The notes: generated by a model not told the origin, from the sequence alone. A DNA stretch of 56,030 bases from a virus (IMGVR_UViG_3300035703_000118:1-56030); one strand, 5' to 3'; counted from the first letter of the stretch, positions 9,528-18,823 are shown. Numbers and translations are program-made.

Positions 9528-9724
9528 TACTGCTCCTCCCACCCTGCGTTCGTCGTCAGGCCAGTAGCCAAATGCTCATTAACGACATGGACGTATCCGA
9601 CCGAAAGAGCGTTGACCCTGTAATCCCAGGCCACGCTCACCTTCTGGCAGACATTGCACACAACGTCATAACCGCCACCGGGCTTATTGCGAAGCGTAAA
9701 AGAATCACGCACCACATTGCTCAT
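9527..9724 (-). CDS. Small CxxC/HxxxxH protein
   Basis: 65 aa, CNVC...HVVNEH; GGAG RBS. Confidence 0.6.
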   Translation of the reverse strand: MSNVVRDSFTLRNKPGGGYDVVCNVCQKVSVAWDYRVNALSVGYVHVVNEHLATGLTTNAGWEEQ

Positions 9725-9932
9725 ACCCACTCCCTCCACTAGATGCCCCCAGCCTACAACCACATCGGGCGGCATAGGGGCGCGCACGATCACAGTTGCG
9801 TAACGCTTTGGGCGGCCTTAACGGCGATTTTGTGAGCAAAAAAATTGGCGGCACGGCAACCCGATGTGCCTAAACGCATCGCGGAACCTTTGATGTTGCG
9901 AACGTAGTCAAAGCCATTGCGATCCATGGGCC

Positions 9933-10310
9933 AAAGTTTCGCGCGGGCCTTTAGGGGAAAGTTTCGCGCGGGGGTATGCGAACTCCGATACCCCTGGGGG
10001 TATCCGCATAATGCGTATCCTTTACTCGCGCTAGTGTCAATACCCCCGTTATGGGGGTAGCGCGCATGGCGGGGCGTGTGGTATGCGCCCCATGCCGGCA
10101 TTATGAGCCTCCCTCACTATTACGCGCGCCCCCTGCAAGCTCGCCCCATAGCACCGATTACGTGCAAAGTCAATGCTTGACTTTCGGCTGCAAGTATGCG
10201 CTGAATATGTCTCACTATTACGCGCGGCCTCGTGCCCATGCGTGCGGGCGTTACCGAACCGTTACACATGGGCGGGGTGAAACACTTGCGCCCGTACCTA
10301 TTACGCGGGA
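9933..10310. repeat. Repeat-rich non-coding region at the divergence of the two arms
   Basis: AAAGTTTCGCGCGGG at 9933 and 9958; inverted GGGGTAT/ATACCCC motifs 9970-10060; CTCACTATTACGCGCG at 10113 and 10211. Confidence 0.8.
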
Positions 10311-10320
10311 TAATCGGGGC

Positions 10321-10488
10321 ATGACTAACAGCACCTGCCCCCTGACCACTGACGGCGCGCACGACATTGCATGGATGGATGCCCCGGCCATGCACTACGA
10401 CGGTGGCAGCGCGCATAGCTTCACGACCCCGCCCATGCGCCGGGGTATCTGTCTCGACTGTGATGCGCGTTTTTTTGACGCGATCTAG
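10321..10488 (+). CDS. Small Cys/His early protein
   Basis: 55 aa; preceded by TTGCGC-N17-GATAAT with 6 nt to the ATG. Confidence 0.55.
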   Translation: MTNSTCPLTTDGAHDIAWMDAPAMHYDGGSAHSFTTPPMRRGICLDCDARFFDAI

Positions 10489-10565
10489 TGCCACCCCGCC
10501 CCCTATCCGTCATGAGCGGGTAGCGGGCTGAGTGCTACTAGCAAACCCGCTAGACACTATCGAGA

Positions 10566-10766
10566 ATGAGGGAACACATGCGACACGACGCAATTAGCAC
10601 GCGACTCAGCCCCAAGGGGCAAGCGGTATATGACGAATTGGTGGCCGCCCACGGGCTAGACGCTCTCCTGGAGGGCTACAGTCTGCCCCGGTTCTGCTCA
10701 CCCGCCGATATCGTCACACAGGCCATTCTGTGGGGAGACGTTGACGCTGAGGGGGTGCTGAACTAA
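10566..10766 (+). CDS. Hypothetical early protein
   Basis: GAGGG RBS before ATG 10578; TAATG coupling downstream. Confidence 0.6.
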   Translation: MREHMRHDAISTRLSPKGQAVYDELVAAHGLDALLEGYSLPRFCSPADIVTQAILWGDVDAEGVLN

Positions 10767-11078
10767 TGACCCGCCAACAGTCACAAGCGCGCCGCGACGC
10801 CTACACACTGGCAGAACGTAAGCGCCAACAACGCACGACACAACGACGGGCAGAGCGGGCCGCAAAGGTTCGCGCGCGTGAGAATGGGGGGAAGTGATGG
10901 AGACGCTAGCAACCCCCGGCCACTCTGCCACTGGATGCACCACTAGCGCACGACCGGGTGACTACTGTCCCAGTGCCTACGAAACGGCCACCGGGCGGCT
11001 CGTGCGACTTGACCGAAAACTAGCGCGCTGGCACGATAGCGCACACGGCATCACCGACTAGACAAAGGACTAAACACA

Positions 11079-11324
11079 ATGAGCAAAAACACAACTATTG
11101 TCGCCCGCGTGGGCCGCACCGAACGCGCCGGGGTCAGTTACTACGGTAACCCCGCCTTTACCGTCGCACTCGTGACCGAGAGTGGAGATATCTCCATCCA
11201 TCGGACTATGAGCAACGCGGGCATATCCTACGCAATCAATAACCCCGAATATCGGGAAGAACTGCACGAGTGGCACCTAACCCCTTCCGGTCGTATCAAA
11301 TTCGCTCGCAAGCTCTCAGACTAG
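11079..11324 (+). CDS. Hypothetical early protein
   Basis: 81 aa, AAGGA RBS. Confidence 0.7.
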   Translation: MSKNTTIVARVGRTERAGVSYYGNPAFTVALVTESGDISIHRTMSNAGISYAINNPEYREELHEWHLTPSGRIKFARKLSD

Positions 11325-11394
11325 CGCGCTGCACGGTTGCCCTAGAGTCTCACGGTTCTAGGGCTTCCGCGTTGTTCGCTCGAATGACGAAACA

Positions 11395-11682
11395 ATGATG
11401 GAGGGCAAGACAATGCAAACATTCGACACCTACCCGGACACCTACGCACCCAGCGAAACTATCGCCCCGCGTGCCGTTCGGCTCATTCTCTGTGAGGGGC
11501 CTCACGCCGGTATCACGTTCGCTGCAGACTGTCAGTGTGACCGTGAACGGGTGCCAGTATCGACCCGTTACGGCGTTATCGGTACGGCCTACGGCAAGCT
11601 TCACAACACGGGCGGAGGGTGGCGCTTGTGGAAGTCTGCAAGCCCTGCATATCGCGCGGCGCGTGAGTATGTGAGCATCTAA
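11395..11682 (+). CDS. Hypothetical early protein
   Basis: GGAGG RBS before the internal MQTF start. Confidence 0.6.
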   Translation: MMEGKTMQTFDTYPDTYAPSETIAPRAVRLILCEGPHAGITFAADCQCDRERVPVSTRYGVIGTAYGKLHNTGGGWRLWKSASPAYRAAREYVSI

Positions 11683-11975
11683 TGACCGACTACCGCTCAA
11701 TGCTTCGAAACGCCGGTGTCAATTTTGCGGGTCTGTCGTTCGCTGAGCAAAACAAGCTCATAACGGCGATGCACAATGCGCACACTGTCGGATATTCGGC
11801 AGGGTATCACGCGGCGCTTTCGACCCCCGATTCTTTCGTGCACGGACTGTAAGGGAGACTTTATGACACTTTATGTTTGCACTTTATGCGAATACAAGAC
11901 CGCGTTTATGTCGGGTGCAATTATGCACGAGAATATCGGGCATAATGGCGCGCTAGTAATTTTGGAGGAACGTTA

Positions 11976-12152
11976 ATGTCGCTAATCAAATATCGCGGCA
12001 CAAAACGGTGTGCAATTTGTGGAGTATATCCCGGCGCATCATTTTACGCCATGGGGATATGGCAGAAAGATAAATGTCTAGGCGTTGTTTGCGGCTTACA
12101 CCGTGAGCAATTCGGCAACGTCGAGACTGAGCTACTATCTGGCGTTCACTAA
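11976..12152 (+). CDS. Small CxxC...CxxH zinc-finger-like protein (58 aa)
   Basis: MSLIKYRGTKRCAICG...VCGLH...; GGAGG RBS and TAATG coupling on both sides. Confidence 0.55.
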   Translation: MSLIKYRGTKRCAICGVYPGASFYAMGIWQKDKCLGVVCGLHREQFGNVETELLSGVH

Positions 12153-12229
12153 TGCGCCTAATCCTCCCCCTGCTATTCGTGGCCCTATATCTCGCTGCTG
12201 CTCATGCTTGCAGTGTCCCCTATTGCTAG
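12152..12229 (+). CDS. Short hydrophobic peptide (25 aa)
   Basis: MRLILPLLFVALYLAAAHACSVPYC; TAATG-coupled and followed by a long hairpin. Confidence 0.4.
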   Translation: MRLILPLLFVALYLAAAHACSVPYC

Positions 12230-12282
12230 ACGCTCACCCCCTGCTAGTTGTCTCGACTGGCAGGGGGTGAGCTATGTCTAGC
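12225..12282. terminator. Long hairpin (17-bp inner plus 7-bp outer stem)
   Basis: GCTAGAC-GCTCACCCCCTGCTAGT...ACTGGCAGGGGGTGAGC-TAT-GTCTAGC; no clear U-tract. Confidence 0.55.
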
Positions 12283-12589
12283 GGCTCTCAGTGCCATTCT
12301 AAGCGGTTGGCACCCCCTATTGGCTACCTAGTGCCTAGGGTGCCACAAAAGTCTCTCAAAATGGCACACGCGGCCATTCATGGCATATTGCTACCGGCCT
12401 ACCCCTAGCATCGTACCGTGGCGCGCTAGTGGCTAGTCTCCACACCGCAATGCCCGCCGATACCGGCCAGGGGCAGCACTCGGAGAGTGTGAGAGCACAA
12501 AAACCCTGCAGATCGAAGGGTGCCCACTAGATCGGTTCAGAGGGTGAGAAACCTAGGAGAACCCTGGATGCGCGTTTGCGTGCCCCTCG

Positions 12590-12860
12590 TGTGCGCAATT
12601 CCAATAACGTGTTTCGCTATGGATACTACTACACATGAATAGATATATTATTATTGTTTACGTGTTAAGGAAGGTTTAGCACAAAATGGGGCTTATCGAG
12701 GTCTAAAAGACACCTAGCAACCTAGTTATCAACGATATAGCAATCCTGACAGCAGATCGAACCTAGATACTTTTTACAAAGCCTATGGATTACACCGGCC
12801 ATGAATAGCAAGTTACGTCATTCCAAATACACAGATTGCATATGCTTTGGAGCCTATGGA
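12590..12860. other. AT-rich non-coding region, candidate replication origin or control region
   Basis: Locally very AT-rich (AGATATATTATTATTGTTTA) in a GC-rich genome; no credible ORF. Confidence 0.4.
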
Positions 12861-13013
12861 TTCGACCGGCGATGCATAAGCTTTGCGGGTGCCGCTTGCA
12901 ATATCGAGGTTGCTGGAGTGCGGGATGACCTCGGATGCGCGCGCCCAGAGTAGGTCATGTGGTAGCATCGCACGACGGCATTTGAGGGCTGTCCACACTG
13001 ACAGGAGGAACAC

Positions 13014-13292
13014 GTGGGAAGAAGAAGCATTCTCGACAGCGAGGCGTTTGGGCGGCTGAAAGGTGAACTTGACATGGCTGCTGAAAACCTGGAGGCCGAA
13101 AAAGCGAGTGCGAAAATCCACCTGGAAAATCTGGCACGCAAAATGGACGCTAAAAAGGCGCGAGCAATTGTGGCCGCTAAAGACGCAGGGTTGAGTGATT
13201 ATGCAATTGGTTTAGCGTCAGGCCACACTTCGCATAATTCACGCCGCGCACTAATTCAGTGGGCATTTGATTTGGAGGCGGGAAATGCCTAG
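13014..13292 (+). CDS. HTH-like DNA-binding protein, paralog 1
   Basis: AGGAGG RBS; coiled coil followed by GLSDYAIGLASG. Confidence 0.65.
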   Translation: MGRRSILDSEAFGRLKGELDMAAENLEAEKASAKIHLENLARKMDAKKARAIVAAKDAGLSDYAIGLASGHTSHNSRRALIQWAFDLEAGNA

Positions 13293-13575
13293 GCCAAGTT
13301 TGAACGAAAATCCTGTTTATCGGGAAACTCGGGCACGACTAATTCCGGTCAATAAGATCATGGATGAAGCGAAAGCCGAATGCGAACTAATCATGAGGAT
13401 GGCTAAAAGGAAGGTTGAGCAGGAGACCCTAGACGCCTTGGCTTACGGGGTGAGTAATGGTCTTAGCCAATACGCGATAAGTACCCTCACGGGCAAAACG
13501 CGGGCAAGTGACCGGCGTGAAGTTTTTGCACGGGCACAAAAGTGGATTGAGGAACGGAGTACCCAAAATGCCTAG
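13285..13575 (+). CDS. HTH-like DNA-binding protein, paralog 2
   Basis: MPRPSL...GLSQYAISTLTGKTR. Confidence 0.7.
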   Translation: MPRPSLNENPVYRETRARLIPVNKIMDEAKAECELIMRMAKRKVEQETLDALAYGVSNGLSQYAISTLTGKTRASDRREVFARAQKWIEERSTQNA

Positions 13576-14095
13576 ACCGTCACTAGATGCAGACCCTCAG
13601 TATGCGGAATATAAGGCGCGGCTGGAACCTCTAAAAGGCATCGTGGAGAAAGCCAAAGAGGATGCGGCGCGCGATGTTGAGCGGGCCAAGCAACGTGTTG
13701 AGGCTGAAATGCTGGCGATCATCCGTGAGGCAATCGAGGCCAACTACTCTCAGTACGCGGTTGGCAAGCTCACCGGTAAAACGCGTTCGGAAGATCAGAA
13801 GCGACTGATTGAGCGCGCTATGGGTGCCGATTGGGTGCCGAAAGGGGGGCGCGAAGTACCTGGCGTGGTCGATGTGGGCGGCTGGCTGTTTGGCCCTGCC
13901 GGTGCTGCTGGCACAACCGAGACCGGCACCCACACGCCTTTTGTGGCCCCTGACGGTACGCGGTACACCGTGGCCTACGGCGACGACAACAAGTGCCATT
14001 GGTACTCTGCAGACGGTACGCGACTGACCTACGACCAGTGTGATGCCCTACTCACCTTTGAGGTCGAGGAGTTTGCTCGCGCTAATGCTTTGTAA
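13568..14095 (+). CDS. HTH-like DNA-binding protein, paralog 3, with extra C-terminal domain
   Basis: MPRPSL...NYSQYAVGKLTGKTR. Confidence 0.7.
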   Translation: MPRPSLDADPQYAEYKARLEPLKGIVEKAKEDAARDVERAKQRVEAEMLAIIREAIEANYSQYAVGKLTGKTRSEDQKRLIERAMGADWVPKGGREVPGVVDVGGWLFGPAGAAGTTETGTHTPFVAPDGTRYTVAYGDDNKCHWYSADGTRLTYDQCDALLTFEVEEFARANAL

Positions 14096-14122
14096 CGGTT
14101 TGGTAACGGTGCCTGTTGGGGC

Positions 14123-14151
14123 TTGCTACCACTAAACCGATACCCTAGATT
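14123..14151 (+). promoter_or_regulatory. SigA-type promoter
   Basis: TTGCTA-N17-TAGATT in an intergenic gap. Confidence 0.6.
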
Positions 14152-14355
14152 GGTTTACGAGGGGCCGGGGATGCTGGCCCACGAAAGTTTGGGAGGACAT
14201 GCAATGGCTGTTGACCAATTCGAGCCGGTGGAGGTTGTCGTGCAGCGCGCCATGAACAACGGGCATCGGGGCATCGGCGGGTTTGGGTACTGCGTCGAAT
14301 GCGGCGCTCGTGCTGGCTCGTACCGGGCGCTGAACAACTGCCAGGGCGGTTGGTA

Positions 14356-14637
14356 ATGGCAACTCGCATTAGCTTGAGCAACTGCTTTGGCATGGAACCG
14401 ATTTTCGTGCCCGACAACATGCCGCATGACGAACTGCTGCTCGAAATGGAGCGGTTCGCCGCCGAAGCCGATGCCGCTATGGGTAAGTGGATGCCCGACA
14501 ACACCATTGTGGTTCGCGCGTGGCCTAACGACCGCTTTGTTGCCAGTGAATGTGTTGAGTACCGCCACACTCGGCAGCACTACGATGCGGAGACTGTTGC
14601 CGCGCTGATTGCCGAAGATGCGCGAGTGCGCTCGTGA
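14356..14637 (+). CDS. Hypothetical protein
   Basis: MATRISLSNC..., TAATG-coupled. Confidence 0.65.
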   Translation: MATRISLSNCFGMEPIFVPDNMPHDELLLEMERFAAEADAAMGKWMPDNTIVVRAWPNDRFVASECVEYRHTRQHYDAETVAALIAEDARVRS

Positions 14638-14779
14638 CCTATAACGGCTACGCAAGCCAAGCGCAGTTCCATGCTGCGATGCGCGCGGGCTGGAAGGTTG
14701 ACCAGGCGCGCCAGGTGATTGCACAGTTGGCACACGGATGGTGTGACCATGAGAACCGTAAATGTAGGGAGGTCAAGTA

Positions 14780-14968
14780 ATGCACAAAGACTACGAAGTG
14801 CAGGTCTGGCACGAAGGTATCGAGTGGCGCGCTGAGGTCTACATCATCACTGCTGCCGGTGAGCGCCTGGACGTGCTGAACACCAACATCCACCACGATT
14901 ACTTGGGCAACGTCATGAGCTACGTTGCGCAAGCGATTAGTGACTACGAGCGGGAGGCGGGCAAGTGA
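14780..14968 (+). CDS. Hypothetical protein
   Basis: 62 aa, GGAGG RBS. Confidence 0.7.
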   Translation: MHKDYEVQVWHEGIEWRAEVYIITAAGERLDVLNTNIHHDYLGNVMSYVAQAISDYEREAGK

Positions 14969-15252
14969 CGACCTTTGGCGTTGTGACTGACTACGAATGG
15001 CAACGCACGCATAAGACTGACCGCCTAACCATTTGGAGCGGGCCGTTCATGTCCAACTACGAGGGCGAGGCAATCTCTCTGCCCAATGGCGCGGGCTACA
15101 TGGTGTACGTCTACCAGTCGGGCCGTAAGGTGCGCGTTTCGTGCCCCAGCCCGCGTGACGACACCAACTACCGCGAGGTGGATGATGCGATCAGCGAAGC
15201 CCTGGATGCCCACTACGCGAAGATGGGCTACGCAACGGTGGTGCCCGCATGA
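14965..15252 (+). CDS. Hypothetical protein
   Basis: 95 aa, GTGA overlap. Confidence 0.7.
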   Translation: MTTFGVVTDYEWQRTHKTDRLTIWSGPFMSNYEGEAISLPNGAGYMVYVYQSGRKVRVSCPSPRDDTNYREVDDAISEALDAHYAKMGYATVVPA

Positions 15253-15443
15253 CGTTCATCAACATCCCCAGCGAGGACGAGTTTACCGTTCACGATAACT
15301 TTTACCGGTTGCCGGAAGGTATGTCTGACCTGGATGGTTGGCTGATTGCAGACGAATGCGAGGCGCGCTGTTCGGTTGACGGCGTGATCGTTTGGGGGCA
15401 GTTTGACGCTGCGCTTGCAGAGCATGGGATTGTGCCGCTCTAA
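15249..15443 (+). CDS. Small acidic protein
   Basis: 64 aa, ATGA overlap. Confidence 0.65.
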   Translation: MTFINIPSEDEFTVHDNFYRLPEGMSDLDGWLIADECEARCSVDGVIVWGQFDAALAEHGIVPL

Positions 15444-15451
15444 AGAAACCT

Positions 15452-15480
15452 TTGACAACAAACCCTTTGGGGCGTAGTGT
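15452..15480 (+). promoter_or_regulatory. Near-consensus SigA promoter
   Basis: TTGACA-N17-TAGTGT. Confidence 0.75.
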
Positions 15481-15701
15481 TTACTCATGGCCGCAAACGC
15501 TGGCCGGTAGACGTTAGGAGGATTCGTGAAGCTCATCGACAATCAATTCGTGTCGGCTAAAGGCCCGACTGGTGTGTTTGCCAAAAAGGCGCGGGGCCGG
15601 TGGCAGTACCGTACAGAGTCGGGCAACCTGCTCGCTTCGGGCATGGAACCGGCAGCGTTTGTGAAGTCGTTTTGGATGCGGGATGATTTTGAGGGAGGCC
15701 T

Positions 15702-15947
15702 GTGATGGACGTTATTGAAGATGCTGGCGATGTTTCGCTGGTGAATTTCCAGGTCACGGCAAGCGACGCGCTGAGGACAGCGGGCAACCTTTGGGCGGGT
15801 GAAACTCTCCCCGACTGGCGGGAAAACGAATACCTGCGCGGCCAGGTGGAAACGCTGGCAGACTTGTTCGGTTCGCCGTTCGAGTCTGAGCGCGACTGGG
15901 AAGATGTCAAAGACTGGTACGCGGCACGGATCGGAGGTAACGCATGA
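15702..15947 (+). CDS. Hypothetical acidic protein
   Basis: 81 aa, GGAGG RBS. Confidence 0.7.
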   Translation: MMDVIEDAGDVSLVNFQVTASDALRTAGNLWAGETLPDWRENEYLRGQVETLADLFGSPFESERDWEDVKDWYAARIGGNA

Positions 15948-16666
15948 GCACCACTACAGCACTGACCATGCCGTTCACAGAGGCGGTTGCGGCGTTCAAT
16001 GCCGTGATGCCGCATATCGGCAAAGACCCGACAACTCGCGTGATTGAAGGAATGTATGTGTCGCCTGAGGGTGCGCTGCTGGCGACAGATCGGTACACGG
16101 TTGGCCGGTACACGCCCGCGTATGACTCGCACGACTACTTCCGTGCCCGATTTGAGGGTGAGAGTTTCCAGGGTGCAATTCTGCCGCTGGATGCGGTGAA
16201 GTTCGTTGCGAAGATGCGAGCTACCCAGTTTGGCGATAAGCGGGATGCGCAGTTCTTTGCAATCCGGTTGACGTTTGATTCGAGCAACGGGCCGGTAGTG
16301 CGTATCCAAGTGCTTTCTGGTGTCAACTGGGAGCGTTACGACGACGCTGAAAGCAACGCGCCTGAAGTTGTCCAGAGTGCGCGGTTTGATTTGATCGGCG
16401 GCAAGTTCCCGCCTGTTGAGCGCCTGTTCCCTGACGACACTACCGAGTTTGGCGCGAGCACGCTGAGCCTGAAAACCTCGTTTCTGGTTCGTGTGGATAC
16501 CGCTGTGAAGTGGCTGGGCGGGCGCTCTGGGTGTGCTCGTTTCCAGTTCACTAAGACCGACAATCCGAACAAGCCGGGGCCGGTGCACGCGCGCGTTTTT
16601 GGTGACATTGGGGGCGCGTCGGGTACGTTCGATGCGCTGATTCAGCCGAATCTTTTGATGCGCTGA
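15944..16666 (+). CDS. DNA polymerase III beta (sliding clamp)-like protein, shortened
   Basis: LLATDRY, GGKFPPVERLFP and C-terminal ALIQP motifs resemble DnaN; only 240 aa. Confidence 0.7.
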   Translation: MSTTTALTMPFTEAVAAFNAVMPHIGKDPTTRVIEGMYVSPEGALLATDRYTVGRYTPAYDSHDYFRARFEGESFQGAILPLDAVKFVAKMRATQFGDKRDAQFFAIRLTFDSSNGPVVRIQVLSGVNWERYDDAESNAPEVVQSARFDLIGGKFPPVERLFPDDTTEFGASTLSLKTSFLVRVDTAVKWLGGRSGCARFQFTKTDNPNKPGPVHARVFGDIGGASGTFDALIQPNLLMR

Positions 16667-16866
16667 TGATCTACGTCACGTTCGGACTATACGATTTCGT
16701 CGTGTACCTCAAATGCACGACAGATTGCGGCCAACCGGCGCGAGCGAAACGGCACCGTAGGGGTATCTCACGTAATCCGCTGAAAGCGTGGCGGTTGCTG
16801 CGCAAGTTGCGGCGCGAGTTCTACAAAAGCACCTACTACATGGTTATGGAACGGAGGGCAGCATGA
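16666..16866 (+). CDS. Small basic protein
   Basis: 66 aa, coupled on both sides. Confidence 0.55.
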   Translation: MIYVTFGLYDFVVYLKCTTDCGQPARAKRHRRGISRNPLKAWRLLRKLRREFYKSTYYMVMERRAA

Positions 16867-17342
16867 TTTTCAAGAGCAAGCAAGTGAACCTCGACCCGAA
16901 CCCCTACGTCAGTGAGATTAGCGGTTTGCGTCGTCCTGCACCGACTGACACGAATCCGTCAATCTGGCGCTACGCCCCACGCCCCGAGTTCGAGCCGACG
17001 CGCGACCCGTACCCTTGGCGTAACCGATACGACGGAAGCCGTTGGGCCGACCCGGGCATAGACCTCGGCGCGGTGATGCCCGGAGCGGGAGTGCTCGACT
17101 GGGCGCCCCGCCGCGATCAGTTCGACACGCCGGTCAACCCAGTGTTGGCGGAGTTCCGAAAGTTGTGGGCTGGTCAAGTTGACATGTTTGACCAAGCCGC
17201 GGAGTTGGCGGATAACCTCGGAGACGTCGATTATCTCTGGGAGTTGCAGCGGGATACTGACTACACGCCCAACGAAGTCACCCACGCCCGTAAAGTCTTA
17301 GAGCGACTGGCGGCTTTTGAATCTAAGGAGGCAACGAAGTGA
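16863..17342 (+). CDS. Hypothetical protein
   Basis: ATGA overlap, GGAGG RBS. Confidence 0.7.
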   Translation: MIFKSKQVNLDPNPYVSEISGLRRPAPTDTNPSIWRYAPRPEFEPTRDPYPWRNRYDGSRWADPGIDLGAVMPGAGVLDWAPRRDQFDTPVNPVLAEFRKLWAGQVDMFDQAAELADNLGDVDYLWELQRDTDYTPNEVTHARKVLERLAAFESKEATK

Positions 17343-17875
17343 CTGAGTTCGTAGCAAGCAACGGCACGTACGTGTACACGCCGAATGGAGACGATTCGTT
17401 TGGCGTGAACGGCATCTACATGGATGACGAGGAAATGCAAGCCCTCCGTGAGTTCTTCCTGCATGAGCGTGACATCGAGTTGGGTCGGTGGCGGTCAAAA
17501 AAGCACCCGTCATATGTGGTGTACCTGCATGATGACGACCGGGTGCGTGTCGTTCGCGAGTCGGATGGAGTTTCGTATTCCTGGAATCGGCTGAGCGTCA
17601 CGCTCCCGTATGGGCAGGGTTGCGCAGAGCTTCAGTTTCAGCCTGTGGCGCGTGAGTTTTTCACCGCGCATCCTGAGCCGAAACCGTGGCACGACGCGAA
17701 AGACGGCGAAGTGTGGGCGCTCGGGCTGGGCGGCGGATACCACGCGGAATCCGTAGCCGTCACAGGAGGCAAGTTCGTGCATGGTGTGAAGAATGCTGTG
17801 CGCGTTTGGGAGATTACCGATCCCGGCATTGATTACGGCAAGCGCATCTGGCCGGAGGCTAAAGATGCAGACTGA
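17339..17875 (+). CDS. Hypothetical protein
   Basis: 178 aa, AAGGAGG RBS. Confidence 0.75.
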   Translation: MTEFVASNGTYVYTPNGDDSFGVNGIYMDDEEMQALREFFLHERDIELGRWRSKKHPSYVVYLHDDDRVRVVRESDGVSYSWNRLSVTLPYGQGCAELQFQPVAREFFTAHPEPKPWHDAKDGEVWALGLGGGYHAESVAVTGGKFVHGVKNAVRVWEITDPGIDYGKRIWPEAKDAD

Positions 17876-18131
17876 AGTAAGTCCGAGCGATCTTGTCGGC
17901 GTTGCCGAGATTGCCATGCTGGAAGAGGCTTTTAAGGATGCGCTGAAGTGTCAGATGCAACACGCCGAAGAGTGCACGGTTGAGGTTGTTGCGCGCGGGG
18001 TTTCGTGTATGACGAGCATGAATTTCTGCAAGGTTGCGCAAACCATTCACTTGCTGAAAATGGCAAACGACTATAAGTGTGCTGATTGCACAAGATATGC
18101 GCGTGACTGCTGGCGCATAATCCCAATTTAG
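17865..18131 (+). CDS. Cys-rich hypothetical protein
   Basis: 88 aa, several Cys including CADC. Confidence 0.6.
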   Translation: MQTEVSPSDLVGVAEIAMLEEAFKDALKCQMQHAEECTVEVVARGVSCMTSMNFCKVAQTIHLLKMANDYKCADCTRYARDCWRIIPI

Positions 18132-18170
18132 GGTACGCTGAAATGGTTTCTACGACAGAAGGAGGTAAGC

Positions 18171-18539
18171 ATGGTTGAGAAGTATGTGCCGAAGGTTGGC
18201 GACAAAGTACGCGCCACGTTGGGCGAGAACGTGCTAGTGGGGCGAGTAGATGACATTGGCGAGAAGTTCGGAAACTGGGTCAGCTTGCTTCCTGATGGGA
18301 TCGAAGATGTTGAGCCGTACCTTCTGAGCGGTGCCGACGGTTGGCACTTTGAGCAGTTCGTGTCCGTGCCTACGAAGTTTGGGGCAGTCATCCGACGAGC
18401 AGACGGTCGCACGTTTGTACACGCACCGAGCAGGATTGGCGACACGGTGCCATGGTTTGCCAACAGTCGGCACTGGGCGAGTACAGAAAACGCAACCGCT
18501 GGTGGTTTCACTGTCCTGTTCGACGGGGTAGACGAATGA
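18171..18539 (+). CDS. Hypothetical protein (related to 8493..8867)
   Basis: AAGGAGG RBS; shared PTxxGAVIR motif. Confidence 0.75.
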   Translation: MVEKYVPKVGDKVRATLGENVLVGRVDDIGEKFGNWVSLLPDGIEDVEPYLLSGADGWHFEQFVSVPTKFGAVIRRADGRTFVHAPSRIGDTVPWFANSRHWASTENATAGGFTVLFDGVDE

Positions 18540-18823
18540 GCAACCCGCTCACGCAACTGGTAGTCGAGTTTCAGCACGCCGAAACCGCCCGCGACCGAAT
18601 CATTGCCCGCGCTGAAGTGGAAATCAAAAACGCTGAACACGATTTCCGTGAGCGAATGGCAATCGCTGCGCAAGGTGCCCACACTGCCGGGGTGACGCGC
18701 TACATGGCACAGAAGGTGACCGGCGCACCCGCAAGCCAAGTCAACGAGTGGTTTGGCGACCTGCCGACTGCGAAACCTGGCCGTCGCCGTAAAGACGACC
18801 CGATCTACGGAGGTAAGCAATGA
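18536..18823 (+). CDS. HTH-like protein, distant paralog of the 13014-14095 trio
   Basis: Coiled coil followed by GVTRYMAQKVTG. Confidence 0.6.
   Translation: MSNPLTQLVVEFQHAETARDRIIARAEVEIKNAEHDFRERMAIAAQGAHTAGVTRYMAQKVTGAPASQVNEWFGDLPTAKPGRRRKDDPIYGGKQ

Larger units (their letters stand above)
9044..9539 (-). repeat. Gene-junction linker GGAGGAGCAGTAATG, three copies
   Basis: Identical 15-mers at 9044-9058, 9283-9297 and 9525-9539; variant at 7650-7662. Confidence 0.9.
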
